A model generated the notes under the pieces. It did not search any database. It was given only the letters and a program-made list of their open reading frames with translations, and was not told the DNA's origin. This document shows positions 47,002 to 59,364 of a DNA stretch of 64,000 nucleotides, piece after piece. Within the stretch, counting starts at the first letter, position 1, and the number at the start of each line of letters is the position of its first letter. Made by a program: the position numbers and the translations under genes. Source of the DNA: Vicinamibacteria bacterium (GTDB lineage: Bacteria; Acidobacteriota; Vicinamibacteria; Vicinamibacterales; JAENWD01); assembly GCA_963739995.1 (NCBI GenBank), contig CAVUCH010000011.1, positions 934 to 64,933 of the forward strand, given 5' to 3'.

Positions 47002-48297
47002 ATGACCACATTCCACGATCGCGTGTTCGTCGCCCTTGCACAGTTCAACGGCCGCCTCTCCGCGTTCACCGAGCTCGTGGGCTCGAAGCCGGCCGACCCG
47101 CCGCGTGTGCCCAAAAAGGCGCTCGACGAGCTGCTCGCGATTGCGGCCCGCGCGCGGGCCGCCTCGGATGCCATCACGCGGTCCTTCACCCTCATCGAGC
47201 AGACGTCGCTGGACATCGTCGACATGCAGGTCCGCCTGCAGGGGGAGACCGCACGGCTGGCCTCGGCGCTGCGCGAGCTCGGAGAGGCCGTCGAGCGGCA
47301 GCCCGTCCTCCGGGACGCATTCTCGGATCCACTGGTGGCACTCGATGAGGCCTCGCAGCTGGTTGCGGCTGCCGTGTTCCCCAGCTCGGTCCAGGGCCTT
47401 CGAAGCGTCAACGTGAAGCTCTGGGACTTCGAGAAGCTGCAGTGGAAGCGCTACACCGACATCCTCTCGGCGGTCGTCCAGAGCCGCCGGATCACCTCCG
47501 AGCAGCAGGTGAAGATCCAGTCGATCGCGGATGATGTGGCGCGTGCGTTCGGCGACGTGAACACCCTGCTCAACGAGCTGGCGGAAAGCCGGGAAGCGGA
47601 CGGGACGGCCCTCCGCAAGCGCCTGGACGCGGCGCCCGCGAAGCTGACGACCGCCCTGCAGAAGGCTGACAGCCGGATGACCCCGGCGTTCAGCATGTTC
47701 GCGCCCGTCATCAAGGCGTCGAGGAAGGTCGCGGAGGACGTGGCAAAGCTGCTGCGCAAGCTCACCGTTCCGCTCTTTCCGGCGCACGACCGGCTCGAGG
47801 ATTGTGCCGAATTCATCGACCGCCCGCTGTATGACAGCCTGAGCGGCGTGCAGACGTTTGCCCTGCTGAACATCCTGGCCCGCATCCAGGCGACCCGCGC
47901 ATCGGGCCGGCCGCTGCTGACCGGGCGAGCCGTACGCGTCTCGCATGTCTTTCCGGATCGGATCTACTTCGAGGCAGACCGGTCAATGATCGCGGACATA
48001 GCCGCGGACGCGGCGTTCGAGAAGGCGCCCGCGTCACTGCACCGGTTCAAGGAAGGCAGCTTCAAGCAGAAGGCCTTCCGACGCGGCAATCTGCAGGTGT
48101 GCTTCGCCTCCCGGCCAGGCGACCGCGTCGTCGTGGACGCCGATATCGACCTGTACCGCGCGGCCGTGCCGCATCTCTTCGGGGAAGTCCTGGTCAATCA
48201 CCTGACAGGCAACCCGACCGATCAGTACGGCGTCCGCAGGATTCTCGACGATCAGTCGGTCGTGCCCATTGGCGGCTTCCAGCTGTTCACGCTGTAG
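47002..48297 (+). CDS. hypothetical protein, 431 aa, no recognisable family
   Basis: This is a long ATG-to-TAG ORF with genome-typical high GC3. It has no signal or TM segment. The N-terminal half is helical and Ala/Leu/Arg-rich. The C-terminal half is ...FALLNILARIQAT...VVVDADIDLYRAAVPHLFGEVLVNHLTGNPTDQYG... Confidence 0.6.
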   Translation: MTTFHDRVFVALAQFNGRLSAFTELVGSKPADPPRVPKKALDELLAIAARARAASDAITRSFTLIEQTSLDIVDMQVRLQGETARLASALRELGEAVERQPVLRDAFSDPLVALDEASQLVAAAVFPSSVQGLRSVNVKLWDFEKLQWKRYTDILSAVVQSRRITSEQQVKIQSIADDVARAFGDVNTLLNELAESREADGTALRKRLDAAPAKLTTALQKADSRMTPAFSMFAPVIKASRKVAEDVAKLLRKLTVPLFPAHDRLEDCAEFIDRPLYDSLSGVQTFALLNILARIQATRASGRPLLTGRAVRVSHVFPDRIYFEADRSMIADIAADAAFEKAPASLHRFKEGSFKQKAFRRGNLQVCFASRPGDRVVVDADIDLYRAAVPHLFGEVLVNHLTGNPTDQYGVRRILDDQSVVPIGGFQLFTL

Positions 48298-48343
48298 GAA
48301 GTACCGGTGACGAAATGACTGACGCCACAGTCCACCGGCTCGT

Positions 48344-50974
<2,631 letters not shown>

Positions 50975-51069
50975 GTGCTGGCGGATTATACGCGGTGGAG
51001 CAAGCGCGGCTCGGGCAGCATACGCGCAGTCCGTCGTGGTTCAGACGCCGGTCCTCGCAGATCGCGCGA

Positions 51070-52644
51070 CTAGGTCCGGACACCCTGAACGACGTACCGC
51101 TCGGCCAGCAGCGCGAAGTCGGCGATCTGCTGCCGCTCCCACGTCGCATCCCGGCCGAGCTCACGCGCGAGGATGGCTGCAACCTGCGGTGCCATCGCGC
51201 GCGCCGCGGCGGCGTCCAGAAAGAGCGGGCGGCAGCGGCGGGCCAGGACGTCTTCGACCGTTCGTGCCATCTCGGCCCGCGCGGCCCACGTCACGGTCGC
51301 ACCATTGCACGGCACACCCGTCTGCAGCGGCAGATCCAGCCCTGCGTCCTCGCGCACGAGCGCCTGAAGTTCCCCGGCGTCGCTCCCATACACCGCAAGC
51401 GCGCCCAGGCGGTCGGCCTGCGGGTCCCATCCATGCACGCGGAGAGTGCTCGTGCGACAGGCGCGGTGCGGCAGGCCGGCAGCCATGACGGCCGCATCGA
51501 CAGCATCCTCGGCCATGCGGCGATACGTCGTCCATTTGCCGCCCGTGATCGTCACCAGCCGTGAAGCTTCGACGCAGACTGTGTGATCACGCGACAGCGA
51601 GGCAGTGCGGCGCGTACCGTCACGAGCTACCAGTGGCCGGATGCCGGCAAACGAGCTCAGCACATCCGCTCGCGTCGGTGCCCGCTCGAAATAGGGCGTC
51701 GCGGTCTCGAGCACGAACGCGATCTCCTCCTCGAGCGGGCGCGGTTCAAGTGTCACGTCGCGTATCGGCGTGTCCGTAGTGCCGACCAGGGTATACCCGT
51801 GCCAGGGCACGGCAAACATCACCCGGCCATCTGGTGTCTTCGGCACCATGAGCCCGCAGACGCCCGGCAGGAACGAGCGGTCGAACACGAGGTGGATGCC
51901 TTGGCTCGGGGCGATGAGCGGCCGCGCGCCAGGCAGCGCCAGGTGCCGCACGCGGTCGGCGAATGGCCCGGTGGCATTGATGATCACGCGCGCCGGCACG
52001 CGCAGCTCACGCCCGCTCTCGACGTCGATAGCCAGGACGCCATCAGCGGCGCCTGCACCGGTCTTCGTGATGCCGGTCACGCGGGCGTAGTTCAACACCA
52101 CCGCGCCCTGCTCCGCGGCCGTCTGCACCAGGTTCACGACCAGCCGCGCATCATCGAATTGTCCGTCGAAGTAGGTCACCCCGCCGCGAAGGCCCCTTCG
52201 GCGCAGCGTCGGCACACGCGCGAGCGCCTCCCGGCCCGAGAGGATCGACGAGGCCCCGAAACCCTGACGTCCAGCGAGCAGGCTGTACACCTTCAGCCCC
52301 GTGCCGTAGTAGGGCGTCTCCCACCACGCATAGCTGGGGACGACGAATTGCAGCGGACGAACGAGGTGTGGCGCGTTGGCGCGGAGCGCCGCGCGTTCCC
52401 GCAGTGCTCCGAGGACGAGCGAGATATTGCCTTGTGACAGGTAGCGTACGCCGCCGTGCACGAGCTTCGTGCTGCGGCTCGAAGTCCCTTGGCCGAAATC
52501 GCTCCCTTCGAGCAGCACCACCGAATACCCGCGCGAAGCGGCGTCCACCGCAACACCGGCACCCGTCGCACCGCCGCCCACGACGACGACGTCCCACGCC
52601 CCCTGATGGCCCGCGAGGCGTGCCATCATCGCGTCACGCGTCAT
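51070..52644 (-). CDS. glpD: FAD-dependent glycerol-3-phosphate dehydrogenase
   Basis: WDVVVVGGGATGAGVAVDAASRGYSVVLLEGSDFGQGTSSRSTKLVHGGVRYL is the GlpD N-terminal signature. The length of 524 aa is typical. Confidence 0.9.
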   Translation of the reverse strand: MTRDAMMARLAGHQGAWDVVVVGGGATGAGVAVDAASRGYSVVLLEGSDFGQGTSSRSTKLVHGGVRYLSQGNISLVLGALRERAALRANAPHLVRPLQFVVPSYAWWETPYYGTGLKVYSLLAGRQGFGASSILSGREALARVPTLRRRGLRGGVTYFDGQFDDARLVVNLVQTAAEQGAVVLNYARVTGITKTGAGAADGVLAIDVESGRELRVPARVIINATGPFADRVRHLALPGARPLIAPSQGIHLVFDRSFLPGVCGLMVPKTPDGRVMFAVPWHGYTLVGTTDTPIRDVTLEPRPLEEEIAFVLETATPYFERAPTRADVLSSFAGIRPLVARDGTRRTASLSRDHTVCVEASRLVTITGGKWTTYRRMAEDAVDAAVMAAGLPHRACRTSTLRVHGWDPQADRLGALAVYGSDAGELQALVREDAGLDLPLQTGVPCNGATVTWAARAEMARTVEDVLARRCRPLFLDAAAARAMAPQVAAILARELGRDATWERQQIADFALLAERYVVQGVRT

Positions 52645-52824
52645 GGATGGCCACGCGGACGGTCGTCATGGCGGGTGAATGGCGGCGCGGCGGCCGCCGC
52701 ACAGCGTCGGGATGCGGAATGGTCACGTTCGTGTTCCGGTTCATGTGCCACGGCAGCGTCACGAGGCTGTGGGTGTGCGATCCGGGTGCGCCCGCGACGG
52801 ACCCGGCCGCCGGCAGCCATAGAG

Positions 52825-53757
52825 CTACTGTCGAGGAAACTGATCCGGATTGTCCGTGAACAGCGCATCCACGTCGTAGTCGTAGAGGAACTTTGCCATC
52901 TCCTCGCGTACGGAGGCAAACGCTCCGGTGTTCGATGACCGGAACGTCCAGGGCGTGACCGTCAGGCCGGCCGCATGCGCCCACGTCACGACCTCCGGGC
53001 GCGCGGCCACGATCGCCTTGTTCGGACCGATCCCGGTTGCCCAGGAGGCAATCTCCTGCAGCTTGCCGGCCGCGTCGACTCGAGCCGCGCTGCCCGCCTC
53101 GATCAGCCACACGCGCGGCACGTTGGGCAGTGCCCTCGCGAGCATCTTGATCGTGGACTCATCGAACGACTGGATGACCAGCGGCGTGTGTCGATCGGCA
53201 CCCAGGCCGTTCTGTTCGACGACCTCTGCGAGCAGCCTCTCGGGGCTCACGCCGCGCTCCCGGTAGAACGCCGGATCCTTCAGTTCAGGGTAGAGCCCCG
53301 CGTTGCCCTTTACCAGGTCGATCGCTTCCTGGAAGGTTGGAATCCGCGCGCCGGCAAACCTCGGATGGAACCACGAGCCCGCATCGAGCCGCTTGATCTC
53401 GGCGAGCGTGAAGTCACCGACGAGCCATCGGCGTGCGGGGACCGCGAGGCTCGCGTCCTCGGAAAAGCGGGCCGGGAACACCTCCTCGACGTTCGTCGTG
53501 CGATCGAGCGTCAGGTCGTGAATGCAGACGAGCACGCCGTCCTTCGTGACGGCGAGATCCTGCTCGACGAAGTCCGCGCCCTGCTCGAGCGCCAGCCGGT
53601 ACGCCTCGAGGGTGTGCTCCGGCGCATAGGCGGATGCGCCGCGGTGCGCGACCAGTCCCTTCTTCACGCCACCTGCGCCGCTCGCGCGCAGGGAAGGCCC
53701 GCTGAGCGCGAGACCGATCAGAACCAGGAGGCAAGCGGTCCCTAACGCCCATGACAT
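52825..53757 (-). CDS. glpQ: glycerophosphodiester phosphodiesterase (GlpQ/UgpQ family), secreted
   Basis: The start is taken at [20 protein letters not shown] (signal). [46 protein letters not shown] is the GDPD catalytic motif. The ORF-track extension to 54075 translates the heptamer repeats. Confidence 0.85.
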   Translation of the reverse strand: MSWALGTACLLVLIGLALSGPSLRASGAGGVKKGLVAHRGASAYAPEHTLEAYRLALEQGADFVEQDLAVTKDGVLVCIHDLTLDRTTNVEEVFPARFSEDASLAVPARRWLVGDFTLAEIKRLDAGSWFHPRFAGARIPTFQEAIDLVKGNAGLYPELKDPAFYRERGVSPERLLAEVVEQNGLGADRHTPLVIQSFDESTIKMLARALPNVPRVWLIEAGSAARVDAAGKLQEIASWATGIGPNKAIVAARPEVVTWAHAAGLTVTPWTFRSSNTGAFASVREEMAKFLYDYDVDALFTDNPDQFPRQ

Positions 53758-53833
53758 ACGTGAGTCCCTGCGAGTGTCCGATGCAGGCGGTGCCGGCTCC
53801 GCTGAATGTTGACTGACCAACACGACGGCACCT

Positions 53834-53913
<80 letters not shown>

Positions 53914-54058
53914 CGAGTAGCGGACGAGACACGCGACTCGAGAGTGATTGGCCATGCGCTCGCGCGAACGGGCTTCGAGGTTCAGGCTTTCCGCTTCCTT
54001 GACCAGCCCGGCGCTTTCCGCCCAGCGCCTTCCGCCCAGCGCCCACCGCCCGAAGGAT

Positions 54059-54692
54059 TCAGCCCCCAGGCCCACCCTCGAAGAAATCGACGACGCCCGT
54101 CTCCAGGGAGGTACTCGGCGCCGACGACCAGCAGACCCCCTGTTTGAATCAGCCCCTCGATGATCTCCGAACCGTGACGCAGGTGGTCCACCGAGGCACG
54201 GATGTTGGCTCGTACCGCCTGCTGGACGAGGGCGTCCGGATCGTGACGCAGCTCCGTCGCGAGCAGGGCCTCCACCGATGGCCGGACGCGGTCAACGATG
54301 GAACGCAGGTTCCGCGACTGGTCGGCGGCGGGTTGCTGAAGTTGTTCGAGGGTGGACAGGACAGCCCCGCACTGCGAGTGCCCGAGCACGACCACCAGTC
54401 GCGTGCCGAACCGTGCCGCGGCGAACTCCACGCTGCCGACCTGTGACGCCGCAACGATGTTCCCGGCCACGCGGACGACGAACAGGTCGCCAAGACCCTG
54501 ATCGAACACGATCTCGGCGGGCACCCTGGAGTCGGAGCACCCCAGGATGATGGCGAACGGCTCCTGGCCGGCGGTGAGCTCGTTTCGGCGCCCCGGACCC
54601 GTCAGCGTGTGGTCACTCCGGACGCCGGCCACGAATCGACGGTTGCCGTCGACGAGACGTGCGAGCGCGTCGCGCGCTGAAATCATTGGCAC
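54059..54692 (-). pseudogene. beta-class carbonic anhydrase with a 1-nt insertion near the 3' end (frameshift or sequencing error)
   Basis: ILGCSDSRV (CxDxR) and VLGHSQCGAV (HxxC) are the zinc ligands. After ...LLVVGAEY the annotated frame reads unrelated sequence through to 53982. Dropping one base at about 54110 gives ...[20 protein letters not shown]-stop at 54059, the expected beta-CA C-terminus (210 aa). Confidence 0.7.
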
Positions 54693-54754
54693 CGCAGTGG
54701 TGAGCCCGTGTGCGTACCTGCCGGCCGGCCGCCGTCAGGCTCCCGCACCCGCCG

Positions 54755-56620
54755 TCACCCCCTGGCCGCCTCGATGATCTGCTTCGTACCGATGCCGAAC
54801 CGCTCGAGCAGTTCCTCGGGTTTGCCGCTGCGAGGAATCTCCCGGACCGCCAGGCGCCGCACGGTCATGCCGGCGGACGACACGGCAGATGCCACGGCAT
54901 CCCCGAGGCCACCAGCCTCATAGTGGTCCTCGACCGTGATCAATCGGCCGCCCGTCTGCCGGCCGGCGGCCACGAGCGTCTCGGTATCGATCGGCTGCAC
55001 CGAGTAGGCGTCGATCACGCGTATGAAGATGCCCTCCGCACGCAGACGATCGTACGCCGCAAGCGCCTCGAACACGGTGACCCCCGCGGCAACGACCGTG
55101 GCCTTGTCGCTGGCGCTCTGTCGCAGCACTTTCGAGCCGCCGACATGGAACTCTTCCGTGGGCTCATACAGGACCGGCGTCTTGGGGCGGCTCGTGCGGA
55201 TGTACGCGGGGCCGGGGTGGTACGCGGCGAGTTCGACGAGCCGCTCGGTGCTGACCGCCTCGCAGGGGTAGAGCACCGTCATGTTGGGTTCGGCGCGCAT
55301 CATCGCGATGTCCTCGAGCGCCATCTGCGAGGGCCCGTCCTCTCCGATCGACACGCCCGCATGTGAGCCCGCCAGCTTGATGTTCAGATTGCTTATCGCC
55401 GCCATGCGGATGAAGTCGTACGCCCGCGTCAGAAAGCAGGCGAACGTGGACGGAAACGGAATCGCCCCGCGCGCCGCAAGCCCCATGGCGGCGCCGACCA
55501 TCCCCTGCTCGGCGATGTACATCTGGTAGAAACGGTCCGGGAACTTCTTCTCGAACTTCTCGCTGAACGTCGAGTTGCCCACATCGGCGTCGAGCGCGAC
55601 GATGCGCGGGTCGAGCGCGCCGAGGCGCGCGAGCGCCGCCCCATAGGCCTCGCGCGTGGCCACGCTGTCGCCCAGCTCGTACGGTGGAGGCGGCACCTCG
55701 GGCCGCGACGGGGCTGGCGTCTTCCGGCCCTGCGGCTTCGGGATCGCACCGATCAGCTTCTGCACTGCGTCAGTCGCGACGGGCTGATACTGCGATTCGA
55801 GCGCCTTGACGGCTGCGTCCGCCTCCTCGCCCTTCTTGAGGGGCTTGCCGTGCCATGCGTCCTTGTCTTCGATGCCGGGGATGCCATGGCCCTTGAACGT
55901 CCGTGCCAGGATCATCGTGGGACGCCCGGTGATCGTCCGCGCCTCGGCGTACGCGTCGAGCAGCGCATTCATGTCGTGCCCGTCCACGACGATGGCGTGC
56001 CATCCGAAGGCGCGCCACTTGGACGCGTATTCCTCCATGTCGTGCTGCCACATCGTCGGGCGGCTCTGGCCGAGGCGGTTGACGTCGGTGATGCCCACCA
56101 GGTTGTCGACTTTGTGAAAGGCGGCCGCCTCCGCGGCTTCCCACACCGATCCTTCGGCGGTTTCGCCATCACCGAGCAGCACGTAGGTGCGGTAGTCGGA
56201 GCCGATGCGCCGCGCATTCAAGGCGATCCCCACGCCCGCGCAGATGCCCTGGCCGAGCGATCCGGTGGCAACGTCGACGAAGGGCAGCCGCGGCGTGGGG
56301 TGCCCCTCGAGGTCGGAGCCCAGCTCGCGAAGTTTCAGCAGCTCGCTCCGTGGGATGAGGCCGACTGCCGCCCAGGCGGCGTACAGAAGAGGGGCCGCGT
56401 GCCCCTTTGAGAGCACGAAGCGATCGTTGTTCTCGTGTTGCGGCTGCTGCGGGTCGAACCGCATCTCGGCAAGGAAGAGCGACGCCACGATGTCGGCACC
56501 CGACGCACACGTGGACGGGTGTCCGCTGCCTGCCGCGGTGGTCGAGAGCACCGAGTCGATGCGGAGCTGAGTGGCAATGTTGTGGAGCACGGGGATGAGG
56601 GCAGAGCGGTCAGACGACAC
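54755..56620 (-). CDS. tkt: transketolase
   Basis: SGHPSTCASGADIVASLF...DRFVLSKGHAAPLLYA...LGQGICAGVGIA...VLLGDGETAEGSVWEA are the TPP-binding motifs. The GTG start is preceded by GGAGG with a 6-nt spacer. The protein is 621 aa. Confidence 0.9.
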   Translation of the reverse strand: MSSDRSALIPVLHNIATQLRIDSVLSTTAAGSGHPSTCASGADIVASLFLAEMRFDPQQPQHENNDRFVLSKGHAAPLLYAAWAAVGLIPRSELLKLRELGSDLEGHPTPRLPFVDVATGSLGQGICAGVGIALNARRIGSDYRTYVLLGDGETAEGSVWEAAEAAAFHKVDNLVGITDVNRLGQSRPTMWQHDMEEYASKWRAFGWHAIVVDGHDMNALLDAYAEARTITGRPTMILARTFKGHGIPGIEDKDAWHGKPLKKGEEADAAVKALESQYQPVATDAVQKLIGAIPKPQGRKTPAPSRPEVPPPPYELGDSVATREAYGAALARLGALDPRIVALDADVGNSTFSEKFEKKFPDRFYQMYIAEQGMVGAAMGLAARGAIPFPSTFACFLTRAYDFIRMAAISNLNIKLAGSHAGVSIGEDGPSQMALEDIAMMRAEPNMTVLYPCEAVSTERLVELAAYHPGPAYIRTSRPKTPVLYEPTEEFHVGGSKVLRQSASDKATVVAAGVTVFEALAAYDRLRAEGIFIRVIDAYSVQPIDTETLVAAGRQTGGRLITVEDHYEAGGLGDAVASAVSSAGMTVRRLAVREIPRSGKPEELLERFGIGTKQIIEAARG

Positions 56621-56813
56621 TGGCGACCTCCAGAAAGGGCGAGTCTAACACCCTCTGACGGGCGGCGGACCGCCGGAGGCTGGCGGCACATTCAGCAGAC
56701 GAGCGCCGACGCCGGGTGGCCTCCGGAGGGTGGCCGGCGGCAATCCACCGGAAAGCTCGAGTGCTTCGGGGGCGTGTGCCCGTCCGCCGTCCGGCGCCCG
56801 CTGACCGGCGGAT

Positions 56814-58343
56814 TCATCGCTCCGCAACCACATCCATGATGGCAAGTCCGTACGGCGCGCCGGCGATGCCGAGCGACCGGTAGACCGCCGTCTGTGATGC
56901 GAGCGTGTCGAGCGCGCGTGCCTGCAGTTCCTCGCGCCCCGTCAGCGTGGCGAGCCGTGCGAGCACGCGGGCGGCCAGGCAGTTGAGCGCCAGCGGCTTC
57001 CCCGGATCACGGAGCAGGCCGATGTCGTCGGCGCCTCCTGGGGCGTGATCGAGAAAGCCGCCCTGACGCGCATCCCAGTGGGTGCGTAGAGCGGTCCGCG
57101 CCAGCTCCTCGGCGAGCATCAGATAGGTCTCGTCGCCGGTGGCGTCGTGGACGTGCAGCAGGGCCCACGCCGCGTGCACTTGATCGGAGAGCAGTCCGCG
57201 CACCTCGCCGGACGCGTCGTGGTAGTGCGCGACGCCCTCGCCGGGCCTGTAGGTGGCCAGCAGCACGCGCTCGAGCGACTGAACACCTAACCGGGCCGTC
57301 TCGACGTCCTCGAGAGCCTCGCCCGCCCGCAGCCATATCACCGCGGCCTGTGCGTTCAGGTCGGTGAACAACGTGCGGTCCACGACCGGCGGGTCGAGCG
57401 TTTCACGGATTGAGGCGTTCACCGCGTAGTAATCTTCGTCGGCGCGCTGGCTGGCATAGAACCCGCCCCGGCCCGTATCGGCCAGCGTGCGTTGCACGTA
57501 CCGCATGACGTCACGCGCACGTTCACGCCAACTCGCGCGCTCGAACACGATCGACCCATCGATCAGCAGCCCGACCATCGCTGCCTGGTCCTCGAGCATT
57601 TTCTCGGTGTGTGGACGCGACCACTCCCGGGCCGCGGCATAACGAAAGAACCCGCCGTCCACTTCGTCGAAGATGCCGCCCCATGCCATGGCATCGAACG
57701 TCCGCGTGAGGAGCGCCTCGAGCCGTTCGTCTCGCGCGATCTCGACGCGCGCAAGCGCCAGCCGCAGCGGGGCGGCGTTCAAGAACTTCCCGTCCGCGCC
57801 GAAGCCGCCGAACTCGGAATCGTGCTGCTCGAGAATCTGCTCGATGAGCCAGTCGGGCGCCGACGGGTCGGGCTCGTACCTGGCCGAGGTCTTGGCGGGG
57901 CGCCGGGCCTGCGCTGCCGCATCGGCACGCGCCATCAACTCGTCGTAGCGGCCTGCCAGCTCGTCGCAGACCTCGGTCAGCATGCGCACCATCTGATCGG
58001 GCACCACGTACGTGCTGCCCGACAGCATCTCTCCCGACGGCGTCAGGAAAGCCGTCGTCGGCCACCCGTCGAGGTTATAGCGGTCGTTGATATCGGGCCG
58101 GCGATCGGCGTCCACGCGGACGGGCACACAGCGTTCGTTAATCGCGCTGACGATGTCAGGAACGGTGTAGGTCGTGCGGTCCATGACCTCACACCCGTGG
58201 CACCACGACGCGCCGATCGCCAGCAGCACGGGCTTCCGCTCCCTCGCCGCGCGCTCGAAGGGGGCGGGCCCCCACGGGGCCCACGCCACCCCGGTCGACG
58301 GGCGAGAACGGAGCGTGCCGAGATCGACGAAGCTGTCGGACAT
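56814..58343 (-). CDS. thioredoxin-domain (DUF255, YyaL/SPATA20-like) protein
   Basis: APFERAARERKPVLLAIGASWCHGCEVMDRTTY...VPVRVDADRRPDINDRY is the DUF255 N-terminus. An alpha/alpha-barrel-like C-terminal region follows. Confidence 0.85.
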   Translation of the reverse strand: MSDSFVDLGTLRSRPSTGVAWAPWGPAPFERAARERKPVLLAIGASWCHGCEVMDRTTYTVPDIVSAINERCVPVRVDADRRPDINDRYNLDGWPTTAFLTPSGEMLSGSTYVVPDQMVRMLTEVCDELAGRYDELMARADAAAQARRPAKTSARYEPDPSAPDWLIEQILEQHDSEFGGFGADGKFLNAAPLRLALARVEIARDERLEALLTRTFDAMAWGGIFDEVDGGFFRYAAAREWSRPHTEKMLEDQAAMVGLLIDGSIVFERASWRERARDVMRYVQRTLADTGRGGFYASQRADEDYYAVNASIRETLDPPVVDRTLFTDLNAQAAVIWLRAGEALEDVETARLGVQSLERVLLATYRPGEGVAHYHDASGEVRGLLSDQVHAAWALLHVHDATGDETYLMLAEELARTALRTHWDARQGGFLDHAPGGADDIGLLRDPGKPLALNCLAARVLARLATLTGREELQARALDTLASQTAVYRSLGIAGAPYGLAIMDVVAER

Positions 58344-58414
58344 GGTGGGTATGGCGGCGGAACAGGCGATGCTCGGGCCCGCAGCCCGGCCGGACTTGTC
58401 ATTATAATGGCGCG

Positions 58415-58888
58415 ATGTCGGCGCTGCGGTTCGTGTCGCTCCTCGCGCTCACGGTCTGGCTGGGCGGGATGGTCACGATCGGCAGCGTGGCGGCTCCATC
58501 GGCCTTCGCCGTGCTGGGTTCCGCTGACGCGGCGTCGCTCGTGGGCGAGATGCTGCGGCGCTTCCACCTGGTGAGCTATGGCGCCGCGGCCATTGTGCTG
58601 ATGTCGCTGGCGTGCATGGCGCTGCTCGGCCCGCGCCCGCGTGCGCTGGGCCTGCGCCTTGCGATCACGGGCGCCATGCTCGGGGCGATGCTGGTGTCGG
58701 GCTTCTGGGTCGACCGCCGCGTGGCCGCCATGCGGCGCGAGATCGGCGCACCGGTTGCGACCCTGGCCCCCGGTGATGTGCGGCGGGTCACGTTCGGCCG
58801 GCTGCACGCCCTCTCCACGATGCTGCTGCTGTTCGCTACGGCGGGCGGCGTGCTGTTGGTGTACTGGGAAACGCGGGACCCTCGATGA
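58415..58888 (+). CDS. DUF4149-like small membrane protein (4 TM)
   Basis: MSALRFVSLLALTVWLGGMVTIGSVAAPSAF... has four hydrophobic helices. The gene overlaps the next one by ATGA. Confidence 0.6.
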   Translation: MSALRFVSLLALTVWLGGMVTIGSVAAPSAFAVLGSADAASLVGEMLRRFHLVSYGAAAIVLMSLACMALLGPRPRALGLRLAITGAMLGAMLVSGFWVDRRVAAMRREIGAPVATLAPGDVRRVTFGRLHALSTMLLLFATAGGVLLVYWETRDPR

Positions 58889-59364
58889 ATCACCCGTTCG
58901 ATCCGAGGCTGGCGACACGCACGGTCGACCGGATCGCCAAGGCGCCCGACGCTGACGCCGCGATGACCGCCGCCGTCGAGATCCTCGCGCGGGAGGTGCC
59001 CACGTACAACTGGGTCGGCATCTACCTGCTCGTGGGCAACGAGCTGGTGCTCGGGCCCTTCGTCGGCGCACCCTCGCCGCACACCCGCATCCCGGTCGGC
59101 CGCGGGATCTGCGGCGCGGCCGCCGCGGAGGCCACGACGATCATCGTGGACGATGTGAGCAGCGACCCCCGCTATCTCGAATGCAGCCTGGAGACCCGAT
59201 CGGAGATCGTCGTCCCCATCATCCACGGTGGCCTGGTGCTCGGCGAGATCGACATCGACAGCCACGAACGCGCCGCCTTCGGCCCGACCGATCGCGATCT
59301 GCTCGAGGAGGTCGCGTCGCAGCTGGGGGTGCGCCTCGCCGCGCGCGAGGCGAATCCACGATGA
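58885..59364 (+). CDS. GAF domain-containing protein (free methionine-R-sulfoxide reductase-like)
   Basis: YNWVGIYLLVGNELVLGPFVG...RIPVGRGICGAAAAEATTIIVDDVSSDPRYLECSLETRSEIVVPI...GEIDIDS follows the fRMsr/YebR-type GAF pattern. ATGA overlaps occur at both ends. Confidence 0.8.
   Translation: MNHPFDPRLATRTVDRIAKAPDADAAMTAAVEILAREVPTYNWVGIYLLVGNELVLGPFVGAPSPHTRIPVGRGICGAAAAEATTIIVDDVSSDPRYLECSLETRSEIVVPIIHGGLVLGEIDIDSHERAAFGPTDRDLLEEVASQLGVRLAAREANPR

Noticed and set aside
52645-52750. 36-codon minus-strand uORF (MNRNTNVTIPHPDAV...AIHDA) overlapping the glpD start.
   Set aside because: It has no Shine-Dalgarno sequence, no recognisable leader-peptide logic and a composition typical of chance ORFs. 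I cannot support it from sequence alone.
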